Source of the DNA: the human T2T-CHM13v2.0 reference genome, Homo sapiens
Reading direction: 5' to 3' (one strand)
NCBI RefSeq assembly: GCF_009914755.1
Contig: NC_060939.1
DNA length: 64,000 nt
Shown: positions 1 to 13,863 of the stretch, piece by piece
Position numbering within the stretch: position 1 is the first letter of the stretch
Layout of the letters: each line of letters begins with the position of its first letter
Position numbers and translations under genes: made by a program
Notes under the pieces: generated by a model
What the model was told of the DNA's origin: nothing
Seen by the model: only the letters and a program-made list of their open reading frames with translations
Databases searched by the model: none

Positions 1-391
1 GTGATGGCTATCACGCACACTGCTAAAAGTTGTTGGTTTACTGGAGCGGGACAAGGAAAACCTGGCCCACCCAGAGTGGAAAACTGCTCAAATCACAAAC
101 AATAGCAGAAGCGGCCTGTGCCTTAACAACATGCTTTTGCTGCAGATAATCAGCCAGGGCCTGTTTCTCTGCTCCTCACTAGGAATGCTTTTAGTTAATC
201 TATAATCTGTAGAAACTATGCTTATCACTGGCTTTCTGTCAATAAATGTGTGGGTCAACATCTGTTCGTGGCTCTCAGTTTTGAAGGCTGTCAGCCCCCT
301 GATTCCCACTCTGCACTCTATTTCTGTGTCTTTGTCTTAATTCCTCTAGCGCTGCTGGGTTAGGGTCTCCACGACTGAGCTGGTCTCAGCA
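1..391 (+). repeat. 5' LTR (MER9-type), cut by the window start
   Basis: Aligns to 5676-6064, ends in CA at 390-391, has AATAAA at 241-246 and is followed by the PBS. Confidence 0.93.
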
Positions 392-393
392 AG

Positions 394-411
394 CGGTGCT
401 CAACATGGGGG
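394..411 (+). other. Degenerate primer-binding site, tRNA-Lys type
   Basis: CGGTGCTCAACATGGGGG lies 2 nt after the LTR end and resembles the Lys PBS TGGCGCCCAACGTGGGGC, mostly with CpG-type transitions. Confidence 0.8.
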
Positions 412-541
412 CTTGAACCCAGGATGAAGAGTCGCTGGAGCGGTGGTTGGAGAACCTGGAAGTAAGCTGGAGAACACCCGAGTACTCTTAAGCAATCCCC
501 GTGGTGAGTAAGAAGGGGAGCTTGGAAGCATCAGGGTAACA

Positions 542-1287
542 ATGGGGCAAGGGTCGAGCAGACAAGAGGCTTATTTGAGTCGGCTTCAGCATCTCCTCAG
601 AAAAGGAGGAGTGAAGGTTAGCACTTATGCAGCTTTTTAGTGCAGTAGAGAAATATTGCCCCTGGTTTCTGGACTGAGGAACTATGAATGTAGAGGTCTG
701 GGAAAAGATAGGCGGCACACTGAAAAAGGCATATAAGGATGGTGCTGAGGATATTCCTGTAACTGTCTGGTCAGTGTGGGCTCTGGTTTGCTCCACCTTG
801 GAATCTTTCCACACAGATGATGATGAGGAGGAATCAGAGGAAGAAGAAGAGTGTAATGAAGTAACAGAAGAGGTGACAGAGCAGGTTTGCTTGCCAGCTA
901 AAGCGGCAAAGGAGGGAGAAGTTTGTCCCTACCCCTCTGCACCCCCCATTATTTTGAAGAAGAGTGGCCTGACCCTCCAGATCTTTCTTTTCTGGAGGAC
1001 GGGGGCAAAAAGTAGCTGCCCTGGTGACCGTTCAAGCAGCGCCTCGAGTGACCTCTCTCAGTTCTATTCAGGCAGGAATCCAGCAAGCTAGACAAGAGGG
1101 TGGTATGGATGCTTGGCAGTTCCCTGTTAGAATACATCCACCTGATCAACAGGGGAATATTATAGCTATGTTTGAGACTTTTCCTCTTAAATTACTTAAA
1201 GAATTTAAACAAGTTATTAATCAATATGGACCAGGTTCTCCTTTTGTAATGGGACTGTTAAAGGATGTTGCTGTCTCCAGTCAGATG
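542..1287 (+). pseudogene. gag: gag remnant (matrix, acidic linker, start of capsid), frameshifted and truncated by deletion
   Basis: ATG at 542 reads MGQGSSRQEAYLSRLQHLLRKGGVKVST. Later frames give AVEKYCPWF, VWEKIG, AWQFPV and KEFKQVINQYGPGSPFVMGLL. There is no major homology region and no NC zinc knuckle. Confidence 0.88.
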
Positions 1288-2016
1288 TTGCCAGCGGGGA
1301 TGGTAGGATTACTTCTAGGTAGGTCTAATTTAAATTTAAAAGGAGCACAAGTACAAACAGGAGCCATTGATTCAGATTACAATGGGGAAATCGAAATTGT
1401 TATATCTACTTCTGTTCCCTGGAAAGCAGAGCCAGGAGATCGCATAGTGCAGCTCCTGATTGTGCCGTATGTGGAAATGGGGAAAAGTGAAATTAAATGA
1501 ACAGGAGGATTTGGAAGCACAAATAAAGAAGGTAAAGCAGCTTATTGGGTGAATCAAATTCCTGATAAACATCCTACCTGTGAAATAACTATTCAGGGAA
1601 AGAAATTTAAAGGTTTGGTACATACAGGAGCGGACATTTCAATCATTTCTCTACAGCACTGGCCGTCCATGTGGCCAATTCAACCCTCTCAATTTAACAG
1701 AGTTGGAGTTGGTAAAGCCCCTGAAGTATATCACAGTAGTTATATTTTGCATTGTGAAGGGTCCGATGGACAATCTGGGACTATTCAACCAATTGTAACT
1801 TCTGTACCTATAAATTTATGGGGAAGAGATTTATTACAGCAATGGAGAGCACAAGTGTTAATTCCAGAACAATTATATAGCCCTCAAATTCAGCATATGA
1901 TGCAAGAGATGGGGAATGTGCCTGGCACGGGATTAGGAAAAAATTTACAAGGGTTAAAGAAACTACTCCAAGTGGAAGGACAGAATTCTCGTCAGGGTTT
2001 AGGATATCATTTTTGA
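1288..2016 (+). pseudogene. pro: pro remnant: partial dUTPase, aspartic protease and G-patch
   Basis: dUTPase motifs LLGRSNL, GAIDSDYNGEI, GDRIVQL and (R)TGGFGST, with a TGA at 1498-1500. The protease active site reads LVHTGAD (D>H, 1621). INLWGRDLL and the G-patch MMQEMG..GLGK..QGLGY follow. Confidence 0.92.
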
Positions 2017-4560
2017 TGGCGGCTATTGGTAAGCCTCCAGAACCTATACCGTTACAATGGTTAACAGATAAGCCAATTTGGATAGAACGATGGCCACTGA
2101 CTAAAGAGAAACTAGAGGCTTTAGAGGACTTCTAATTTTTACTGAACAATTAGGAAAAGGACACATAGCTCCAACATTTTCCCAATGGAATTCTCCAGTC
2201 TTTGTTATTAAGAAAGAATCAGGTAAATGGAGAATGTTAACTGACTTAAGGGCCATTAATTCAGTTATGCAACCTATGGGCGCATTGCAGCCAGGATTGC
2301 CTTCTCCTGCTATGATTCCAAAAAATTGGTCTTTAATAGTCATAGATGTAAAAGGCTATTTCTTTACTATCCCCTTAGCTGAGCAAGGCTGTGAATGGTT
2401 TGCATTTACAATTCCTGCGGTAAACAATCTGCAGCCTGCTAAGCATTTTCACTGGAGAGTGTTGCCACGAGGCATGTTAAACAGTCCAACAATTTGCCAG
2501 ACTTATGTAGGGCAAGCAATTGAACCTACTCGTAAAAAGTTATCACGGTGTTACATTATTCATTATATAGGCGATATTCTTTGTGCTGCCCCCACTCGGG
2601 AAATATTACTCCAATGTTATGATCACTTAACAAAACTCGATTTCTCAAGCCAGTTTAATTATAGCGCCTGACGAAATTCAAACTACTACTCCTTACTCCT
2701 ACTTAGGGACCTTAGTAAATGACACTACAATAATAGTGCCACAGAAAGTAACTATATGTAGGGATCAACTAAAAACACTGAATGACTGTCAAAAATTACT
2801 AGGGAACATTAGTTGGACACGACCTGCTCTAGGCATTACTACCTAAGCCATGAGTAATCTATTTTCTATCCTTAGAGGAGATCCTAGTCTCACTAGCCCT
2901 CAACAATTAATAAAGGAGGCTGAGACAGAGTTACAGCTGACGGAGAAGCAAGTGCATAAAGCTCAAATAAATAGAATAGATCCAAAAAATACTTTTGACT
3001 TGTTGATTTTTCTGACTCAGCATTCACCTACTGGTGTTATTGTCCAAGAGCAGGACTTGGTAGAATGGCTTTTTCTTCCACATACGAATTCACAGACTGT
3101 CTTTATTTGGATCGTATTGCTACTCTGATAGGAAATGGGAGAACTCGAATTGTTAAATTGCACGGATATGACACTGGAAAAATTATTGTCCCTCTTACAA
3201 AGACACAAATACAACAAGTCTTACTTGGCAAACCCATTTAGCTGATTTCGTAGGTGTTCTTGATAATCACTTTCTGAAAACAAAATTATTTCAATTTTTA
3301 AAATTAGCGAATTGGATTCTCCCTAGAATAACTAAATTTAAACCAATCGAAGGTGCTGAAAATGTTTTTACAGATGGGTCTGGTAATAGTAAAGCTTCTT
3401 ATTCTGGATCAAAAAGTAAAGTTTTCCGGACACCCTATACTTCAGCTCAAAAATGGAGCTTGTAGCTGTAATTGAGGTACTGACTGCTTTTGAGATTCCT
3501 GTCAATGTAATTTCTGTTTCTTCATATGTGGTTCATTCTACACAGTTAGTTGAAAATGCTCAGCTACAATTCCACACAGATGAGCAACTGATGACTTTAT
3601 TTACCCAATTGCAAACAGCCGTTAGGAATAGAATGCACCCTTTTTACATTACTCACGTTAGGGCTCATATACCTCTTCTAGGACCTTTAACTGAAGGTAA
3701 TCAAATGGCTGATCACCTAGTTGCTACTGCAATATCTAATGCTAGACACTTTCACAATTTAACCTATGTCAATGCCTCTGGTCTCAAACGCAGATACAGC
3801 ATTACCTGGAAAGAAGCTAAAGCTATTATCCAGCGATGCCCAACTTGCCAAATGGTACATTCCTCATCTTTTACAGAAGGAGTTAATCCTGGACGATTGA
3901 AACCTAATTCTCTTTGGCAAATGGACATCACACATGTTCCCTGGTTTGGGAGACTAGCTTATGTACATGTATGTGTGGACACCTTTTCTCACTTTGTCTG
4001 GGCTACATGCCAGTCAGGAGAGTCTTCTGCCTGTGTTAAACATCATCTTTTGCAGTGTTTTGTGGTGATGGGCATTCCAGCTTCTATTAAAACAGATAAT
4101 GCCCCAGGCTATACTAGCCAAGCTCTAGCTACATTTTTCTCTATATGGAATATTAAACACATTACTGGTATCCTATATAATTCACAAGGACAAGCCATTG
4201 TGAAAAGAATGAATCTCTCCCTAAAACAGCAGTTACAAAAACAGAAAGGGGGGAACAGTGATTATAGGACTCCACACATGCAACTAAATCTAGCATTATT
4301 AACTTCAAATTTTTTGAGCCTGCCTAAAGGCCAGGTGCTATCAGCAGCTGAGCAGCATCTACAGAAACCCGCTGCAAAGACAGAAGCAGAACAACAGGTT
4401 TGGTGGAGAGATCCGTTAACAAAAAGTTGGGAAATAGGTAAAATAATAACTTACGGTAGAGGTTATGCTTGTGTTTCTCCAGGCCAAAACCAGCAGCTGA
4501 TTTGGATACCATGAAGACACCTGAAACCTTATCATGAGCCAGATGCCGAGGAAGAGATTT
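2010..4560 (+). pseudogene. pol: pol remnant: reverse transcriptase, RNase H and integrase, with multiple frameshifts
   Basis: [38 protein letters not shown] in place of YMDD (2564-2575) and VFTDGS. ORF 3453-4514 contains a mutated zinc finger (H..Y..CPTC), WQMD, TDNAPG and IVKR (catalytic E>K). Confidence 0.93.
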
Positions 4561-5545
4561 TGCGAGGGACCCAAGGACCACCCTGTTGCAGCCAAGTCCA
4601 GACTGACAATAAGGCCTCCTTTCCTGTTTGTAGTGGGTGATTTAAAACTTGATCTCTCTAGATCAAGCTTTTTTTTTTTTTTTTTTTGAGCTATACTTCA
4701 GCTCAAAAAGAGGAGCTTTTTGATGTGATTTGTCAAGAATGTAGATTGTTTTCTTGTGTGAATTCTTCCCTGTATAATCCTGATCATTCTATTTTAGTGG
4801 TAAGAGCCCGAGAAGGAGTATGGATACCTGTAAGGCTTTCCCGTCCTTGGAAAGCCTCTCCTTCTGTGCATATTATTACTGAAATTCTTCAAAAGATTTT
4901 GAGGCACTCTTGGCGTTAAATTGCTGCTTTAATTTTAGTCATTATGGGATGATTGCTGTCACAGCTACTGCCACGGCAGCTGGAGTTGCTTTGCATTCCA
5001 CAGTACAAACAGCAGACTATGTAAATAATTGGCAGAAAATTTCTACTCTGCTGTGGAATTCCCAAACTAATATAGACCAGAAACTAGCTAATCAAATCAA
5101 TGATCTCCAACAAACTATAATGTGGCTAGGAGATTGAGTAGTTAGTCTAGAATATAGAATGCAGTTACAATGTGATTGAGATACTTCTGATTTTTGCATT
5201 ACTCCTCATCTGTATAAAGAAACAGAGCATGAGTGGGAAAGAGTTAAGAGACATTTAAAGGGTCATACTGGAAATTTATCTTTGGATATTGCAAAACTGA
5301 AGGAACAAGCATTTCAAGCCTCTCAGGCATATCTGACGCTAATGCCAGGAACTGAAGTGCTTGAAGGAGCTGCAGACGGATTAGCAGCTATTAACCCGTT
5401 AAAATGGATCAAGACACTTGGAGGGTCTGTGATTTCAATGGTGATTGTGCCTTTAATCTGTGTTGTTTGTCTTTGTGCAGTCTGCAGATGGGGATCCCCA
5501 ATCCTGTGAGAAGGAGCCCACCATGACAAAGCTGCCTTTGCCTTT
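4560..5545 (+). pseudogene. env: env remnant: most of SU deleted, TM present but disrupted
   Basis: PPFLFVVGD, CQECRLFSC, VVRAREGVWIPV, degenerate furin site RHSWR, fusion peptide [39 protein letters not shown] and a hydrophobic membrane anchor. Confidence 0.9.
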
Positions 5546-5589
5546 ATTGCTTTGCAAAAAAACAATAAATAAATAAATAAAGAGGGACA

Positions 5590-6064
5590 TGCTGGTAGCG
5601 AGCTCTAAGCCTGTCATAAACAGGCCTTAAAGAAACTGGCCATAAACAGGATTTCTGCAGCAATGTGACATGCTAGTGACGGCTATCACGTACACTGCTA
5701 AAAGTTGTTGGTTTACTGGAGCAGGACAAGGAAAACCTGGCCCACCCAGAGTGGAAAACTGCTCAAACCACAAACAATAGCAGGAGCGGCCTGTGCCTTA
5801 ACAACATGCTTTTGCTGCAGAAAATCAGCCAGAGCCTCTTTCTCTGCTCCTCACTAGGAATGCTTTTAGTTAATCTATAATCTGTAGAAACTATGCTTAT
5901 CCTGGCTTTCTGTCAATAATGTGTGGGTCGAACTCTGTTCGTGGTGCTCAGCTCTGAAGGCTGTCAGCCCCCTGACCCCCACTCTGCACTCTATTTCTGT
6001 GTCTTTGTCTTAATTCCTCTAGCGCTGCTGGGTTAGGGTCTCCACGACTGAGCTGGTCTTGGCA
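5590..6064 (+). repeat. 3' LTR (MER9-type), 475 bp, preceded by a polypurine tract
   Basis: TG...CA termini after AAAGAGGGACA. It is a direct repeat of 1-391 with about 21 differences by manual count. Confidence 0.93.
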
Positions 6065-7358
6065 GAGTTCCATATCCAAATCTGAGTTGCTGTGAAGGTG
6101 CAGATTCTTTTAACATTAGGAAAAGGGAATATCCTGCGAGGATCAGAACTCCAAGACAGAGTCTTGGATTTCAAAGCCTGGTGATGGTGAAAATGGTGTG
6201 TCTTTGGGGATAGAGAGAACTTTTGCCTTCACATCTCTCACGTTCACCCTTATGCATCGTTGCACAGGGGAGCTTGTGAGCTCTGAGCCCAGCTTGGCTG
6301 TGGGAGCAGGAGGAATCTCTGGTTTGGGTGCTGAGGTATCCTCAGCAGGGTGGGTGTGTTGAGGAGATGAATAGTTGGCAGAACTGTCCACAGGCTTTTC
6401 TTTTCTGCCACTGTCCTCACTGTGGTGTCCTTGGGAGGCTACAGGAGTCATGGGACCAGGGACCTGCTCAGCTATCCGACCGGTGGCCCCACCGCACACA
6501 GACACTTTTGCACAGGACATCACCCATCCCAGGGACTGTAACATATTCATTTTACCAACTCTTTCTTCCTCAGCATACAGATGTCCTTCCTGCCTGCCAT
6601 TAGCACTTCCCAAAAAACTGCCAAGCCACGTATCTACCTGACTTTTCTTTACATATTCTTTTTTTTCTTCAATTTTTATGTTAAGTTCAGGACACATGGG
6701 GAGAACAACACACACGGGGTCTTCTTTTTAAAAAACAGAACAATCAATACTTGCTATCAAAAAATAGAAGCTACACACTTAAATAAAAGATGTTGCCCAT
6801 GGAGTCCCTAAAATTGTCCCGTGCGTCAGCGGCTGGGTGCACACCACACTCTGCGAAATGGTGATGCTAGGCCTCTGGCCCTTTCCTGGAATTCGCAGCC
6901 CCTCATGAGGAGCCCTTTGGAATGAGAGGAAAAATAAGCATGTGGACATGCCCTAGCCGAGGAGTGTTCTTTTAGTATCTGCCAATTGAGAAAATAGACA
7001 ACGTACAAAGCTACTATTCAGAATGAATTCACCTTATGTTAATGAAATGGCCCTCTGCAGATGGCCTGGTGCACTAACCCTCCCTTCCATCTGCAGAGGG
7101 CCTGGTGCACTAACTAATTTGAAGCCACTTTGCAACTCTGTGGCTTCCTGGGGTCGGCAACTCACAGTTGGGAATTCCTGGTTTAGGGGAAAGAGCCAAG
7201 ACCCCCTTTGTTCCATTGTGTGGACTTGAGCATTTTGCCTTCTAGCTGGTTTTAGGTTCCCCTGACTATGAAATAGGCATAAAAGCCCCTGCTTTTTTTT
7301 TTTTTAAACCTCACAGATGTTATTTTTGTGAAGACAATGGAAAACACTATTCTTCCAC

Positions 7359-7720
7359 TCTGGGCAACATGGTGAAACCCCGTCTTTACCCAAAATACAA
7401 AAATTAGACAGGCATGGTGGAACTCACCTGTAGTCCCAGCTATTTGGGGGCGGGATGATGGGGAGGGCCGTTGAGGCAGGAGAATTGCTTCAGCCAGGGA
7501 GGCAGAGATTGCAGTGAGCTAAGATCATGCCACTGCACTCCAGCCTGGGTGACAGAGTGAGACTCTGTCTCAAAAAAGAAAAATAAAAAAAGGAAGAAAG
7601 AAGGAAAGAGAAAGAAAGAAAAAGAAAGAAAGAGGAAAAAGAAAGAAAGAAAGAGGAAAAAAGAAGAAAGAAAAAGAAAGGAAGAAAAAAGAAAGAAAGA
7701 GAAAGAAAGAAAGAAAGAAA
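7359..7720 (+). mobile_element. 5'-truncated Alu with expanded GAAA-rich tail
   Basis: Alu mid and right-arm sequence followed by a (GAAA)n-like purine tract at ~7572-7720. Confidence 0.9.
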
Positions 7721-9004
7721 CTATTCTAAAGAGGAGAAAAATCATATTTCTAAATGCAAATTGTCAATATAACCCTTTCCATGAAATCTCAGAAGAAGCT
7801 AGGACTCCTGGGAGACAAAGAAGAAAGAAAATATGAATGGAAACATCATGGGAAGGCCAGTGATCAGTGATGGAGACACTGACCACAAGAGCCCCAGTGA
7901 CTCAGCTCCTTAATAATCACCAGGCCCAGGAGCCCAGGAAGTTGAGACCACATGTGATGTGGAGGAAACTCGGCAGCATTGGGCTTAGGCGCCTGGCTCC
8001 GGGCACTGAAGGGAGGGCTGCAGAGATCATGGGGACAGGCCATTCCTCTTCTCCCAAGGACAGTCTGTGTTACTGCGGAAACGGGCCAGGGCTGCCCTTG
8101 AAGTCCTTGGAAATCACACCAGGAATGGCCTGACCACACTGGGCAGGAGGGAGAAGAAAAGGAAGCCCAGGGACTGGGCGGAGAGGGAGAGAGCCTGCCG
8201 CAAGGGCTTCAGGGCAGGAGGGGGCTTCTCATTCCCCGCTCAGCTCCTGGAACAAAGGAAAGCCCCGCCCTGCCGCCCTCACTCAGTCCCGTGTTCTATT
8301 TAAATCCTGTGCCCCATTGCAAGACTGCATTCAGTCTGCATGAGCCTTAGTTTCATAAAAGCCCCCTCACACCGAGGGGACAATGTTCAGAACTAAATGA
8401 CTGCAGGTGAGCAATTCTCTGTATTATACAAACTGGGACCAAAGATGACTTTATAATAGTGGCAAGAGACAATCAGGCAGACTGGGAGGACCTTATAAAT
8501 AGATTATAAGGCTGTGGTGAGTTTATTTTAACTTAAAAAAAAAACCTTCTTTTCTGGTATACCATAGTGAAAATGTAACAGTGTCTGGATGATCTATTGC
8601 AAAAAAAATTATCCTTTGTTTCTTGATTTTTTTTCTTTTTAATTCAAAAGCCCCAAATTTCTGAGTTTCCATGTTGAGGATAAAACTCCTTTTAGAAAAA
8701 TTCTAAACTTGGAAAATAGTGAGGCCCTGATTAAAATGGCAGCTCATTTGGAAAAAACCAGAAAACAGCCCATTTGCTTTCCTGATGTCATCATCACCAG
8801 CAAGCATTTCTTGAGCTTTGGTTTGATACACAGACTGGGCCCAATAGAGCCGCTGGGCATGGAGGTGAGGCCGGTCCTCTGCATCCCTGAAGAAGGCAGT
8901 CTGTATATGCACAACTGTGCAGGCAGCACACTGAGGACACATTGGATCCTTTGGGATGTCTTCTGGGCTTTCCACTTAGAGTCAAACAAAAAGGCAGCAG
9001 GAGT

Positions 9005-9210
9005 ACAGAGAGCTGGCTAGTCCCTTCCCCTATGTGAGGACCCAGTGAGAAAGTGCTGTCTATGGACCAGACGATGGGCCCTCACCAGACAGCAAACCTG
9101 CTGTGCCTTGATCTTGGACTTCCCAACATTCAGAATGGTGAGAAATACATTTCTGCTCTTTATAAGCCACTGAGTTTATGGTATTTTGTTATAGCAAATG
9201 GACTAAGATA
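9005..9210 (+). mobile_element. MaLR LTR fragment (MST/MLT1A-like)
   Basis: GCCTTGATCTTGGACTTCCCA...GGTATTTTGTTATAGCA...GGACTAAGA matches the MaLR 3' end. Confidence 0.8.
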
Positions 9211-9214
9211 ATGA

Positions 9215-10770
<1,556 letters not shown>

Positions 10771-11061
10771 TTAAATGTACAATATGGTCTAAATCAGACA
10801 TAATATTTTGGCTATATTTTAATTCGTAACAACAGAATTAGATCCCTAAATCTTAAATTTAGCTGGATAAAAAAATTGGATTCCCTAATTTTAAGAAAAC
10901 TTAGGAGCGGAAAATTTAAATCTGGGAAATTTTATCCACTAATTTTATTTTGTTCTGCTTAATTTGAGGGAGGAAAAAGACTATTACCCATTGTAGTGGC
11001 AGATATTTTGTTCTAGTTCTAAGAAACCAGCTGAGAGCCGAGATTGGGAAGTCTTGATTTA

Positions 11062-11531
<470 letters not shown>

Positions 11532-13863
11532 GAAAGAATGCAGGAGAAGAGGAGCAAGAAAAGAATGCCTGCCTCCACAAACATAACACACGGCTCTTCC
11601 AGGTATGGCATGGGGCCAGGTAAGGCGGAAGAGAAGCTCACATTACCCAGGTGAGAGGAGACCTGTGGACAGAGAGGGGAAAGAGAAGAGCACCCCCCTG
11701 TCCTGGTTCCCTGCGGCAATGTCACCCTCACAAAGGATGGGTTGACTCTGAACCTATTTTGTCCCCAAATAGGTGCTCTCTCACAGTGGTTTTTGTTGTT
11801 GTTGTTGCTGTTGTTGCTTCTTTTAGTTTAAATTCTGGAACTGTACAGAAAAATTCAGTAATTCTTAAAATGCCCATGAATTTGTCACCTTTATAACATT
11901 TTCACAAGGCCTCATTCTAAGTGGTTCTAACAAATTCAACACCAGGTACGGAATCATTACCGTAGCCTATACACATACACATTCTATTCCTTCCACAACG
12001 GAGTGTGAAATCTTCAATCATGATCATTCGCACAGCAGCTCCAGGTCTCCCCTCGAGGCCCCTGGAGGAAGGAGGCACAGTACATTGGATCTGTGGATGA
12101 GCAGATACATTGATGAGTGGTGCTTCAGCAAGATGACAGATCTCCCAGGGCAGCTGAAAACATTCAAGTGCTGAAAAATTAAGGCATCTTTTTCCTTGAT
12201 ACTTGCAAAACAGTTTATTCATCATATTGTTTTTACTTTTACTAATTCCTCTGACCATGAGTGACAGGTTTATGCCATTGGATGAGTGATATTGCATCCC
12301 AGAGCCCAGAGTCCACTGTCTTCCTGATGAATGACAGAGGCTAAGTGGATGGGTGGGTGGAGAGATGGAGAGGATGACAGATGGAGGATGGATGGATGTA
12401 TACATGAATGCATGCATAGGATGGACATATGCATACATTCATACATGCCTTCACACACATATTCATCCTTCCATACACAAGAAAGACGGATAGGTTGCTA
12501 TGTAGGTAGGCAGGTATACAGATGAATGGATAAATTGCATTTGTATGGTCCACAAAGCACTCCAACTTCACATGATTTTACTGAATCTTTGCAGTACTCT
12601 TGAACAGCTACTGTCATAATTACTCCGAATTTATAGATGAGAATGCCATACCTGGGTTAAGTAACTTGCACAAAAATCACACAACTCGCAAGAAACAAAG
12701 CAAGGACTTAGACAAGAGATTTGGTCCTCCTGCAGGCCCTCAAGAAATGGACCCTGTCCTAAAAAATGTCTCTCTCTCTCTCATCCCAGATGCTCTCAGC
12801 TACCAGTGAGCTACCCTGTCCACAATCAGTGATGAGGTTTACGAAGAAGTACACCTGCAAGAGGTCACATCTGCTGACTCCCACACCAAAGGATTAAGAA
12901 CTCAAGTGAAGTTGTTCCCTAGCAAGTTGTTGGTTGACAAAGGGAAAATAAGGAGAGAGCTCCAGACTGCCAAGGCTGCCTGTGTAGGGGAGAAGAGGAG
13001 GGTCTTCAGGGGCATAGGGTTGGGGACATTCAGAACTATGATAATGGCCTTTTCTTGATCCACACACTCATCTACCACCAACCCTAGCAGAAAGACAGAG
13101 GAGGTATTTATCCATCCCTGCTGCTTCCTTCCTACCCTAGTCTAAATCCTTGACCAAGTAGGGCTGGATACCAGGATTGAGATGTCACAATTTTAAGGGG
13201 GGTTTCAAGCAGGGGAAATCACAATACTTCATCTTCTCTTGCCATTAGCTTTTTCTGTTAAAAATACGATGTTTAAAAAGCACATAAACATTTATCCATT
13301 TATCATTTACTTTGAAATTCAGCCTTTGTTCTATCCAGAACCAAATGCCAACACAGCATTCTTCTCCAGGCTTAATATGACTTATTCACTTAGGGAAGGG
13401 CTGGGAGGCTCTGAACCTTCTGAAATTAGATGAAAGCTGTGTGTATATGTACATTTTCCGAGGGACAGGGATTATCAGTTTTATTGGATTCACAAAGGAT
13501 CTGTGTTAGAGACCTTGAGAGGAATTAAACATCTCTGTGAGTATATGCTGTAGGGCTTTGCTGCACTGTCCTTGGAGGCTGTGCTGACAGTGACCCCAGT
13601 GGTGAATCCCCCAGGGCTCTCATGGGAAGTTAGAAATGAAAGCAGCTCAAATAAAGAAGCCTGACTACTGAGTGTGGCCAATGGGAGAGAGAATCAGGTA
13701 GGGGAAGAGACCTCCAGACCACAGCAATTATCAATCAGCATGGGGAGTTGGGAGTCTGCAGAAAAGGTCTTTTTTCTTTTTTTTCTAGAAAAAAAATTTC
13801 TTTAAAAAAGTAAGGATTCTTCTAGAGGGTGTGTACTTTAGAAGACAATTTGGCATGGCTTAA

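Larger units (their letters stand above)
1..6064 (+). mobile_element. Defective endogenous retrovirus, HERV-K(HML-3)/HERVK9-like provirus with large gag-pro and env deletions
   Basis: Two ~95% identical LTRs flank PBS, gag, dUTPase/protease/G-patch, RT-RNaseH-IN and env TM remnants in betaretroviral order. The LTR resembles MER9 from memory. The 5' end lies outside the window. Confidence 0.93.

Noticed and set aside
542-5545. APOBEC3-type G-to-A hypermutation of the provirus (E>K in integrase, M>I in YMDD, a W>stop in env)
   Set aside because: Too few cases, most Trp codons are intact, and many changes fit CpG decay. It cannot be supported without a consensus alignment.
6143-6715. 190-aa minus-strand ORF next to the 3' LTR
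   Set aside because: Non-ATG start, no recognisable domain and no processed-pseudogene hallmarks. It is compatible with chance, though a protein search would settle it.
8395-8530. Donor-like motifs (CAG|GTGAGC, GTG|GTGAGT) suggesting lncRNA exons
   Set aside because: Isolated splice motifs are frequent by chance, and no transcript evidence is available from sequence alone.
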